The notes below the pieces were generated by a model. The model ran no database searches. It was not told where the DNA came from and was given only the letters and a program-made list of their open reading frames with translations. 64,000 nt of DNA from an uncultured Candidatus Saccharibacteria bacterium (GTDB lineage Bacteria > Patescibacteriota > Minisyncoccia > Phycocordibacterales > UBA9973), in assembly GCA_964639185.1 (NCBI GenBank), contig CAZXCN010000004.1:174-64173 (forward strand), given 5' to 3'. Below are positions 1 through 8,892 of this stretch, piece by piece. The position numbers were made by a program, and so were the translations under genes. The number at the start of each line of letters is the position of its first letter. The stretch's first letter is position 1.

Positions 1-479
1 CCTTTGTATTTAAATATATAAAATACCAAATAAAAAAACTTTTAGGAAAAGTTCCACTCAGTGAATTCGCACAAAAAATATATGGTTCATACCCCTTGTA
101 TAGATTTAAGACATTGGACTTTTTTGACCAAGTCATGTTTGATATGATACGAAATGGGGCTAGGATTTATCATTTATCAGAAAATGAAGTCGGTGGTTGT
201 GATAAATACGGCAAAAGAGACAATAAATTTACAAATATCAACAACTTCCCTACCCCTTATAAAATAGACTTTGGTAACAAGCTCGTACACTTTTCCTGCG
301 TAGGGTCAGGTATGAACTTTTACAATAATCGTGAAGCTGTAAAAAATGTCAGTGAATCTTATGTGCATTGCGCACTCGATAGATATGCTTTGTTTTGCAA
401 GATATTCTACAATAAGGATATCCCGGGTATACCACTGGATAAATATCAAGATATTATAAATATAAAAAATTGGTACTAA
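1..479 (+). CDS. Hypothetical protein, 5'-partial (reading frame open to window start; track ORF 96..479 begins at an internal TTG)
   Basis: Frame of ORF 96..479 has no stop codon back to nt 3, so the gene probably starts upstream of the window. No recognisable motif. Confidence 0.3.
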   Translation, partial: FVFKYIKYQIKKLLGKVPLSEFAQKIYGSYPLYRFKTLDFFDQVMFDMIRNGARIYHLSENEVGGCDKYGKRDNKFTNINNFPTPYKIDFGNKLVHFSCVGSGMNFYNNREAVKNVSESYVHCALDRYALFCKIFYNKDIPGIPLDKYQDIINIKNWY

Positions 480-480
480 T

Positions 481-1236
481 ATGATAGATGTAATAATCCC
501 AACATACAATAATGGTAAATACCTAAAAGAAGCTTTAGAGTCAGTAAGTAAACAAACTTTAGCTGTAAATAAAGTATTTGTTGTTGATGACGGATCAACA
601 GATAACACGGCCCAGGTTATTGCCTCTTGCAAAGAACTACTTAACATAGATATTGTATATATAAAACAAAACAATGCTGGCCCAAACAGTGCTCGTAATA
701 ATGGCCTTAGTCATTCAGAAGCAGATTATATAGCATTCTTGGACGCAGATGACGTATGGGTAAGTAATAAGCTAGCAAAACAAATGGCGGTATTTAATAA
801 TAGCCCATTTGATAACTTGGGGCTTGTATATGGTAGATATGACACTATTGATGAGAACGGTGGACCTAGTACAGAAAAAGTTTTAAATATTGATAACAAT
901 TACAGAGGGAACGCCTACTCAGCATTACTGAAAGCAAACAAAATACTAGGTAGTGCTAGTTGTGTTTTAATCAAAAAGGATGTGTTTGATCATGTGGGAA
1001 CTTTTGATGAAAGTTTACGCTATGCTGAAGACTGGGAAATGTGGCTCAGAATATCAAAGAAGTACAATATAGACTATGCAGATGAAGTACTAGTTCATAT
1101 ACGAAGACACCCTCTAAATAATAGCAAGAGCCGGACGAAGCAAATTGTAGGGCTTTTTAAATTTTATAAAAAATTATTATACCAGACAAAGAATCCTATA
1201 CTAGTAAGCAGTTTAATAATAAAAAGATTTTTTTAA
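481..1236 (+). CDS. Family 2 glycosyltransferase
   Basis: N-terminal 'IIPTYNNGKYL...VVDDGSTDNT' and 'DADD' motifs are typical of the GT2 GT-A fold. Confidence 0.8.
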   Translation: MIDVIIPTYNNGKYLKEALESVSKQTLAVNKVFVVDDGSTDNTAQVIASCKELLNIDIVYIKQNNAGPNSARNNGLSHSEADYIAFLDADDVWVSNKLAKQMAVFNNSPFDNLGLVYGRYDTIDENGGPSTEKVLNIDNNYRGNAYSALLKANKILGSASCVLIKKDVFDHVGTFDESLRYAEDWEMWLRISKKYNIDYADEVLVHIRRHPLNNSKSRTKQIVGLFKFYKKLLYQTKNPILVSSLIIKRFF

Positions 1237-1242
1237 TTATTT

Positions 1243-2166
1243 ATGACGAAAGAAAAAGTAAGTATAATAATGCCAGTTTATAATGCGAGTTTGTATTTAG
1301 ATGAAACTATACAAAGTATACTGAATCAAACATATACAAATTTTGAATTGATAATCATCAACGATAGCTCTACAGATAATTCGGTGGATATTATAAATAC
1401 TTGGATTAAAAAAGATAAAAGAATTACACTGATCAATAATAAATATAATAAAGGTATCCATGGAGCATCAAACACTGGTCTAGATATAGCTCAGGGTGCG
1501 TACATAGCCAAAGCAGATTCAGATGATATTCAAAGGCCATATAGGCTTGAAACTCAAGTTAATTTCTTAACAAAGAATAAGAACATAGGCATAGTGGGGG
1601 GAGGTTACGAACTTTTTGGCAATAATTATGATGGTATCAAAATATTTCACCCAAGTAATAGCTTGCGCCTAGCTTGGAGGTTTATTAGTGACATATATTT
1701 CTGTAACCCGAGTGTCATGTTTAGGAAAGAAATATTAAATACTGTCCCCCACTACCCAGAAGTGCCTTGTGAAGATTTTGCTTTCTTGGCAAAAGCTATT
1801 AAAAAACATGCTGGCTTCAATATACACAAAATACTTTTAGATTATAGACAGCATGGATCGAATTATTCAAACACAGCAAAAGAAAACATAGATAAAAGTG
1901 TTTATACTATATTCGAAGATAATTACAAATACTATACGGGCTCACTTAATGATTCCGAAATGTTTTATAAATTCCACTCAAAAAAAGAATTGGAATTGCG
2001 AAATGTTTATAAGATTGCAACTATTAGTTTAAAAATAATAAAAAAGCTAGTAAACCAATACCCATCGGGTAATACAATTACAAAATATATCTACCTATTG
2101 AGTCTTGTTAAGATAGAAATAATTAAAACATTAGCACGTACATATATAAAGAAAATTATAAATTAA
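1243..2166 (+). CDS. Family 2 glycosyltransferase
   Basis: 'IIMPVYNASLYLDETIQSILNQT...IIINDSSTDNS' and 'ADSDD' GT2 motifs. Confidence 0.8.
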   Translation: MTKEKVSIIMPVYNASLYLDETIQSILNQTYTNFELIIINDSSTDNSVDIINTWIKKDKRITLINNKYNKGIHGASNTGLDIAQGAYIAKADSDDIQRPYRLETQVNFLTKNKNIGIVGGGYELFGNNYDGIKIFHPSNSLRLAWRFISDIYFCNPSVMFRKEILNTVPHYPEVPCEDFAFLAKAIKKHAGFNIHKILLDYRQHGSNYSNTAKENIDKSVYTIFEDNYKYYTGSLNDSEMFYKFHSKKELELRNVYKIATISLKIIKKLVNQYPSGNTITKYIYLLSLVKIEIIKTLARTYIKKIIN

Positions 2167-2990
2167 TGTTCTTTATAGAATTTTATAATCTTGTTTAATG
2201 AAAATTTAATTGGAAGCTTTAAGAATATCCCATAAACTATATATCGAGCATATGCTCGAAGAAGTGCGCCATAGTACCCCTTGTAAGACTTCTTGTACTT
2301 CTTCAAATGGCCTATGATTTTATGAAAGATCTCTACCCTGTTTACTGCACTTAGACTACTATTGCGCATAGTGTACCTAACACTATAAGTAGGTAGATTA
2401 GCGAGCTTGCCTATTGTGCCCAGCTTCAACCATAGATCATAGTCTTCGAAATGCTTCTCGGCAATATTCTCGCTATACCCACCAAACTGCATAACTGAAA
2501 CTTTGCGGAACATTACACTGGAATGCACAAAACAATTCTTGCCCAATAAACGCTTTTGTATAGCTTCGTTTGTAGTTGGTACTAAATACTTAAAAAGTTC
2601 ATTATTATCCTCATCGACAATTATAACCCCTGTGCCTACTAAAACATGATCGGTATTGGTATCCAAGAATTCAACTTGCTTCTGTAATTTATCAGGGTCA
2701 AACCACATATCATCGTCATCAATACGGGCAATATATTCACCTTTGGCCACGTTTAGGCCATTATTCAATGTCTTCTGGATACCTGAATTTACATCGTTCT
2801 TTATATACCTGATCCTACTGTCATTTTGGGCCATATTAGCCACAATAAAGGCTATATTGTCGGTAGAACCATCATCTACCACGATAAGCTCCCAATCCTT
2901 GTAGGATTGGCTTATAACGCTTTCTATGGACCTATTTATCCATTGTGCGCCGTTATATGTGGGTAATATTATAGATACTAATTTATTCAT
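2163..2990 (-). CDS. Family 2 glycosyltransferase
   Basis: 'SIILPTYNGAQWI...VVDDGSTDN' and 'DDDD' GT2 signature. Overlaps the previous gene by 4 nt at convergent ends. Confidence 0.8.
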   Translation of the reverse strand: MNKLVSIILPTYNGAQWINRSIESVISQSYKDWELIVVDDGSTDNIAFIVANMAQNDSRIRYIKNDVNSGIQKTLNNGLNVAKGEYIARIDDDDMWFDPDKLQKQVEFLDTNTDHVLVGTGVIIVDEDNNELFKYLVPTTNEAIQKRLLGKNCFVHSSVMFRKVSVMQFGGYSENIAEKHFEDYDLWLKLGTIGKLANLPTYSVRYTMRNSSLSAVNRVEIFHKIIGHLKKYKKSYKGYYGALLRAYARYIVYGIFLKLPIKFSLNKIIKFYKEH

Positions 2991-2991
2991 A

Positions 2992-3882
2992 TTATATAGT
3001 TATCCAGTCTTCTAATATTAGGTCACCCATATCGGTATTAGGGTCTTTTGTCCATATCTTTGGGGCCACCACCTTCTTGTTTTTGTTTTCCGAAAGCCAA
3101 ACTCCCCACCAAGAGAAAGTACTATTGGGTATAATAAAATTCTTGCCTGCGCTCATAAGATACATATGACCCTCACCCCTTTCTCCACAATACTCTTCAG
3201 TAACAAAAAATGTTGGATAGTTGAAATTCATATTATCCTTGCACCATTGTATATCGTCAGAAAATATAAAAATTTTTCCTATATTCACTTGCTTCTCTAA
3301 TATAGATATGGCCTTATTATAATAATCCGGTGGTAATACATCGTGATCACGGTTCCCCACAAAGTCGCCTCGTCGAACATGTATACACAAAGATTCGTGA
3401 CTCATAATATCCTGATACAATTCTTGTATAGCAGGTGCGGGCTGATTACGCAAAGTAAAGTCTTGTCTAATTATATCTTCATACCCAATAAAATATTTTG
3501 GTGACTGAAAAAAACCATCTATATAAGAGTTCTTATCCAATGACAACATGTAGGGGTTAAATCTTTGAGTGTATAGTTCCTGAGCTTTGTGTTTGAACAC
3601 ACGACGCCGAACAGCATCTATCAGTACCATTAATTTACCCTTGCCGTACATTCTATACAAAAGTGGTATTTCAGATTTCTTTGCAATACGACCCTTTATA
3701 TTGAAAACTTCCAAGTCATAATCACGAATAGCAAAATTACTTTTAAACATTCGTGGACTCTTGTCTTCGTATGCTTCGATGTTGAATGCAAGCTCCGTAT
3801 TGTTCTTTATAGATAAAATGCGCCCCAATGCGTATTGGAACATCTGATTACCTAAACCACCTTTTAACCTAACTACTATCAT
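2992..3882 (-). CDS. GT11-family alpha-1,2-fucosyltransferase
   Basis: N-terminal '[16 protein letters not shown]' is the hallmark motif of bacterial alpha-1,2-fucosyltransferases (FutC/WbsJ type). Adjacent to the GDP-fucose synthesis genes. Confidence 0.75.
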   Translation of the reverse strand: MIVVRLKGGLGNQMFQYALGRILSIKNNTELAFNIEAYEDKSPRMFKSNFAIRDYDLEVFNIKGRIAKKSEIPLLYRMYGKGKLMVLIDAVRRRVFKHKAQELYTQRFNPYMLSLDKNSYIDGFFQSPKYFIGYEDIIRQDFTLRNQPAPAIQELYQDIMSHESLCIHVRRGDFVGNRDHDVLPPDYYNKAISILEKQVNIGKIFIFSDDIQWCKDNMNFNYPTFFVTEEYCGERGEGHMYLMSAGKNFIIPNSTFSWWGVWLSENKNKKVVAPKIWTKDPNTDMGDLILEDWITI

Positions 3883-4817
3883 TGCCTTAGCCCTTGGTTA
3901 TCTTTATACCATTGATATGTTAGTTGTATTCCTTTCTCAAGCGAGATTGTATGATTGAACCCCAAATCGTGCAACTTAGATACATCCATAACCTTCCTTG
4001 GAGTACCGTCGGGTTTAGATGAATCCCACACAATATCACCTGCATACCCCACAATCTTTTTTACCATTTCTGTTAATTCCCGGATAGTTACATCCTCGCC
4101 TGTACCAATATTAATAATTTCTGGATCATTATAATTATTCATTAGAAATATACATGCAGATGCCAAGTCATCTACATGAAGGAACTCGCGCATAGGGGTG
4201 CCTGTTCCCCATGCTACAACTTCTTTGGTATTATTTATTTTTGCTTCATGGAATTTACGAATAAGCGCAGGCATCACATGCGATGTTTCTAAATTAAAAT
4301 TATCATTTTCACCATACAAATTGGCTGGCATAACACTTATAGTAGACATGCCATACTGTTTAGTGTAAGACTGACACATTATAATACCTGCTATCTTTGC
4401 TATTGCGTACGGCCTACTTGTGGGCTCAAGTTCGCTTGTTAATAAACACTCTTCTTTCATTGGTTGCGGTGCAAGCTTTGGATAAATACAAGAACTGCCA
4501 AGAAACAATAACTTCTTCACATTATTTTTATAGGACTGATCTATAACATTAGTTTGTATTTGTAAGTTTTGTCTTATAAAGTCAGCGGGTTGTGTATTGT
4601 TGGCATTGATTCCACCAACCTTTGCCGCAGCTAGAAATACATATTCAGGCTTTTCAGAAATAAAAAAGTTTTTAACAGCGTCTTCGGAAGTTAAGTCCAG
4701 CTCGGCATGTGTCCTGACTACTATGTTTGTATAACCTGCGGTTTGCAAACCACGCATTATTGCAGAACCTGCAAGCCCCCTGTGCCCTGCTACATATATC
4801 TTTGAATCCTTGTTCAT
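3879..4817 (-). CDS. fcl: GDP-L-fucose synthase (GDP-4-keto-6-deoxymannose 3,5-epimerase/4-reductase)
   Basis: '[15 protein letters not shown]' Rossmann motif and SDR 'YxxxK'. Immediately downstream of gmd. Confidence 0.85.
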   Translation of the reverse strand: MNKDSKIYVAGHRGLAGSAIMRGLQTAGYTNIVVRTHAELDLTSEDAVKNFFISEKPEYVFLAAAKVGGINANNTQPADFIRQNLQIQTNVIDQSYKNNVKKLLFLGSSCIYPKLAPQPMKEECLLTSELEPTSRPYAIAKIAGIIMCQSYTKQYGMSTISVMPANLYGENDNFNLETSHVMPALIRKFHEAKINNTKEVVAWGTGTPMREFLHVDDLASACIFLMNNYNDPEIINIGTGEDVTIRELTEMVKKIVGYAGDIVWDSSKPDGTPRKVMDVSKLHDLGFNHTISLEKGIQLTYQWYKDNQGLRQ

Positions 4818-4818
4818 A

Positions 4819-5880
4819 TTATTTTATATAATCGCTACTTTTAAAACCACGTTCTTCGAACTCTTCCTTCATCATTAGGTCAACGAGGTCTTTGAATTTT
4901 ACCTTTGTATTCCAGTTCAATTTATTTTTAGCTTTACTTGGGTCACCCAATAACAAGTCAACTTCGCTTGGTCTGTAATACTGCTCGTCGATATTTATAA
5001 TATCTTTACCTGTTGCCTCGTCTGTACCCACTTCAGCAAGCCCAAATCCACTCCAGTTTATCTTGTACCCAATAAGTGATGAAGCATACTCGACGAATTC
5101 GCGTACAGAGTGTGTCTCGCCTGTGGCTATTACATAGTCATCCGGAGTATCCTGCTGAAGCATGAGCCACATCGCCTCTACATAATCATGGGCATAACCC
5201 CAGTCGCGCTTTGCATCGAGATTACCTAGAAATATCTTATCCTTCTTGCCGAGCTTTATATCGACTAAGCCCTCTACTATCTTCTTTGTAACAAATGTCC
5301 TACCACGGCGAGGTGACTCGTGGTTGAAAAGTATGCCGTTGCAGACAAACATATCATATGATTCGCGGTAGTTTACACAAATATGATGCGAGAAGACTTT
5401 CGCACATCCGTAGGGACTTGCTGGGTTAAAAGGAGTTGTTTCTTTCTGGGGAGTTTCCAGGACTTTGCCAAACATCTCAGAAGACCCTGCTTGGTAAAAG
5501 CGTATTGGCAAGCCACTTTCCTTCACTGCATCAAGCAACCGCAAGGTTCCCAGTGCATCTATATCGGCTGTGTATTCGGGTATATCAAAGCTGACACGCA
5601 CATGACTCTGCGCACCCAGATTGTAGACTTCATCGGGCTGAGCCTTCTTTATTATATTGTGTAGACTATATGAATCAGAAAGATCACCATAGTGGAGTAT
5701 TAGATTGCGATTGTCTACATGTGGATCCTGATATATTTTATCTAAACGTGCTGTATTAAAGCTCGATGAGCGCCTGATAACCCCGTGGACTTCATAACCT
5801 TTTGCAAGCAAAAACTCGGCTAGATATGATCCATCCTGCCCTGTGATACCTATTATTAGTGCTTTCTTTTTATTTTCCAT
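4819..5880 (-). CDS. gmd: GDP-mannose 4,6-dehydratase
   Basis: '[35 protein letters not shown]' is near-canonical for the Gmd N-terminus. Confidence 0.9.
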   Translation of the reverse strand: MENKKKALIIGITGQDGSYLAEFLLAKGYEVHGVIRRSSSFNTARLDKIYQDPHVDNRNLILHYGDLSDSYSLHNIIKKAQPDEVYNLGAQSHVRVSFDIPEYTADIDALGTLRLLDAVKESGLPIRFYQAGSSEMFGKVLETPQKETTPFNPASPYGCAKVFSHHICVNYRESYDMFVCNGILFNHESPRRGRTFVTKKIVEGLVDIKLGKKDKIFLGNLDAKRDWGYAHDYVEAMWLMLQQDTPDDYVIATGETHSVREFVEYASSLIGYKINWSGFGLAEVGTDEATGKDIINIDEQYYRPSEVDLLLGDPSKAKNKLNWNTKVKFKDLVDLMMKEEFEERGFKSSDYIK

Positions 5881-5883
5881 ATA

Positions 5884-6789
5884 TTATGTAATGTTATTAT
5901 ATATTTTCAATTCTTTTAAACCTTGTTCAATATTTATCTTTGGCTCCCAATTCAATAAATCTTTTGCTTTATTTATGTCAGCCTTCGTAACACGAGGCTC
6001 TACCCGTGGAGCGATATATTCTACCTTGCCACCGATAAGATCTGCGATTTTATTTATAGAATAAGTTTCATTGGTGCCAATATTTATCACTTCACCGTGG
6101 CCAACATTGCTACTCTCCATAGCCAATATGTTGGCACTAACCACATCGTGGACATTTATAAAGCTTCGGATCTGCTCACCGTCGCCTGTGATAGTCAGTG
6201 TCTGGCCCTTTTTATACATACCAATAAACTTGGCAATAACACTAGGGTATGCCCCACCCACACTTTGCCTTGGTCCATATACATTGAAATATCTCAAGGA
6301 AACAGTCTCTAGATTGTACACTTTTGAATACAAAGTGCAATAAACCTCACCCATGTATTTATGAGCCCCATATGGTGAAAGTGGAGAAGCTGTCATGGAC
6401 TCTACATAAGGCACCACCTCCTGATCACCATAGGCTGCAGATGAGGCAGCGAACATTAATCTGCGTACCTTGGCAAGTCGTGATGCTTCTAATACATTTA
6501 GTAGTCCTGTAACATTTATATCATGAGTTTCGATCGGATTCTCCAAAGAATATTGGACTTGTGGCATTGCCGCTTCGTGGAATACATAGGTGGCACCATT
6601 AAATATATCTTTGATATCTTGGAAGTTGCGTATATCCGCCTTGTGGAAAGTCGCCTTTGGGTTGATATTGTTCATGTCACCATATGACATATTGTCTATG
6701 ATGTGCACATCATACCCAAGCTCTACAAGGGCGTCCACAATATGTGACCCTATAAACCCTGCTCCTCCTGTAACGATTGTTTTAGTCAT
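5884..6789 (-). CDS. NAD-dependent sugar epimerase/dehydratase (UDP-glucose 4-epimerase family)
   Basis: 'VTGGAGFIGSH' Rossmann motif and 'YGAHKYMGE' (YxxxK) extended-SDR signature. Confidence 0.75.
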   Translation of the reverse strand: MTKTIVTGGAGFIGSHIVDALVELGYDVHIIDNMSYGDMNNINPKATFHKADIRNFQDIKDIFNGATYVFHEAAMPQVQYSLENPIETHDINVTGLLNVLEASRLAKVRRLMFAASSAAYGDQEVVPYVESMTASPLSPYGAHKYMGEVYCTLYSKVYNLETVSLRYFNVYGPRQSVGGAYPSVIAKFIGMYKKGQTLTITGDGEQIRSFINVHDVVSANILAMESSNVGHGEVINIGTNETYSINKIADLIGGKVEYIAPRVEPRVTKADINKAKDLLNWEPKINIEQGLKELKIYNNIT

Positions 6790-6790
6790 A

Positions 6791-8827
6791 TTAATTGTAT
6801 TTAAAATCTATTATATTCTTCTGGGCTTTGCCTGCAATCTCGTTGAATAATTTCTGATTACCTAATGCTTGAGCATACTTCATAAATAATGTATATGACC
6901 CTGGTAAATGAGGCGCAACTTCGATAGCCTTCCTATACGCCTCCTCGGTACCAATAAAGTCCCCAGACCAGACTTTAGCCTGAGCTATCCCCCAATACAC
7001 ATTTGGATTATTAGGTGCTAACTTCTGAGCTTTATCCAGAGTATCGAGCAATTTGGCTTTCAACTCTGGTGTATATGGTCTTTCAGTAAAGTAAGTCAGT
7101 GTGTTCTGTAAATATATCATTGTTATGTATAACCTATAATCTGTTTTGTTCTCTTCGGAAACCTTATCGAGATAGCTCAACAAAGCAGTAACATCATTAA
7201 TGGCATAAGGTAGAATTTGTTTATTACTTTTTATTGCTTGAGCATTGGATAAATAGTTACGATACGAATCATAAGACAAGCTACTTGCATCCCATTGTTC
7301 CCCAACACGTGGAGAACCTAAAAGCTTTGTATAGCTTTCTGATCTAGTATTTATCGGCATAGAAAATACATCGGAGAAAACACGCGCCTTACGAGCAGGT
7401 ATTATACTGAAATATATCCATACCGGAAAGAAAAATATGATTAATAAAGTTAATAAAAGATACTTATTAGAATGTTTTAACTTATCATGATCAGCTTTGC
7501 CAACAGAAAGTATAATCCCGGCAAATATAAATAGTGCCAAATATGACAAAGTGGAATCAAAAGTAAATAAATTGTTTATTATATAAGCAAAGACTAATCC
7601 TATTAGTACAGAAGCCTGTATACGATTGAACTTTTTATCTATATAAGACATATATATACCGTACAGAAGTGCCAAGATAAACAAACCGTACAACACAACA
7701 GCTGGGTAACCACCAGAAACACCTGTGTCATAATACATATTGTGCGCCTTATCCGCCCACCCTTCCATACTATTTTGGGTTAATAAAACATCTGGATTAA
7801 AATGCTTTTGAAAAGCTATTGAGTAGTTCTCAGGCCCATACCCTACCAAAGGGTGCTCATGCATAGCCTTTTGTGCTGTATCCCAGAATATAAAACGGCT
7901 TCCACGAGCTTCTTGAGCAAACTTATTGTGTAGACTTGTCCCAGGTGTGACCAATTGCATCCAAGCAACAACAAACACTACAAGGCCAATAAATACAAAA
8001 GATAGACTTAGATACTTATATTGCTTTTTGTTGGAAAGAAACATGTATCCCAAAAAGGCAACAATAGCACCTGACACAACAGCAAGTATAGTACCACGAG
8101 CACTACCTAGCAAACCATGCCCATTAAACAAACCATATATATTCAAAAACAAAGGTGACAACACAATAATAATTATAGTGATCCAGGAAAAATATTTTAT
8201 AAATTTATTATTTTTAATAAAAATAATAAATAAAGCCGCCGCTATAGAAAACAACAAGAATGTGGCTGTGAGGGTCGAGTTCCCTGCCAATCCACCACCG
8301 TTGTCATTTATAACAGAACTTAGTGAGGTTCTGAACCCATCTGTACCTAACCAGACACTTACAGCTAACACAAAAGAACTTGCCACAAGCCATTTGAAAA
8401 GATTGTTAATATAAACTAATCCATACTTGGCCGTAATAGATGCGACAACAACAGCTAGGGCGAGGCAGTGATATAAAGTGAGTAGACCAGTTCCACGACC
8501 TAATGCGCCCCAGAAAGACAAGCTAGGGTTATAGGCAGTTAGGCTCGACAATGTTAACCATGCGACAAAACCAAAAAGTGGAATAAAGTATATTAAAGTC
8601 TTCTTTGATAGCCTATATTTTGAATCAGTGCAGGCAGTATAAACCCAAACAAAAAATAATATCTCTATGAGACCATACATAAAGAAAGTCTTCGAAGTTA
8701 TATAAGCATAGAGTCTATTTTGCCAATAAAGAAGTGGTGTGAGGAAAACGAGGGCAAAAGACGCATATTGTAGTATTTTATCCTTTATATTCATAGATAT
8801 ATTATACCAGAAAAACCAAAAAGCCAC
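6791..8827 (-). CDS. O-antigen ligase/polymerase-like polytopic membrane protein with C-terminal TPR-like region
   Basis: About 10+ hydrophobic segments followed by a helical C-terminal region with TPR-like repeats ('AYRKAIEVAP', 'YWGIAQAKVW'). Confidence 0.55.
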   Translation of the reverse strand: MAFWFFWYNISMNIKDKILQYASFALVFLTPLLYWQNRLYAYITSKTFFMYGLIEILFFVWVYTACTDSKYRLSKKTLIYFIPLFGFVAWLTLSSLTAYNPSLSFWGALGRGTGLLTLYHCLALAVVVASITAKYGLVYINNLFKWLVASSFVLAVSVWLGTDGFRTSLSSVINDNGGGLAGNSTLTATFLLFSIAAALFIIFIKNNKFIKYFSWITIIIIVLSPLFLNIYGLFNGHGLLGSARGTILAVVSGAIVAFLGYMFLSNKKQYKYLSLSFVFIGLVVFVVAWMQLVTPGTSLHNKFAQEARGSRFIFWDTAQKAMHEHPLVGYGPENYSIAFQKHFNPDVLLTQNSMEGWADKAHNMYYDTGVSGGYPAVVLYGLFILALLYGIYMSYIDKKFNRIQASVLIGLVFAYIINNLFTFDSTLSYLALFIFAGIILSVGKADHDKLKHSNKYLLLTLLIIFFFPVWIYFSIIPARKARVFSDVFSMPINTRSESYTKLLGSPRVGEQWDASSLSYDSYRNYLSNAQAIKSNKQILPYAINDVTALLSYLDKVSEENKTDYRLYITMIYLQNTLTYFTERPYTPELKAKLLDTLDKAQKLAPNNPNVYWGIAQAKVWSGDFIGTEEAYRKAIEVAPHLPGSYTLFMKYAQALGNQKLFNEIAGKAQKNIIDFKYN

Positions 8828-8892
8828 CCATAAGGGTGGCTTTTTGGTTAACTTAACTTTTTACAAAGCTCAAGCTTCTTTAACTAATATTA

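Noticed and set aside
306-674. Many track ORFs lie antisense to or nested within long annotated genes. Examples are 306..674(-), 2656..2904(+), 5383..5664(+), 7926..8414(+), 9323..9568(+), 13576..13884(-), 28604..28903(+), 35852..36328(+) and 52001..52366(-).
   Set aside because: Each overlaps a longer ORF that has clear conserved-protein motifs on the other strand or frame. They lack motifs and are typical AT-rich shadow ORFs.
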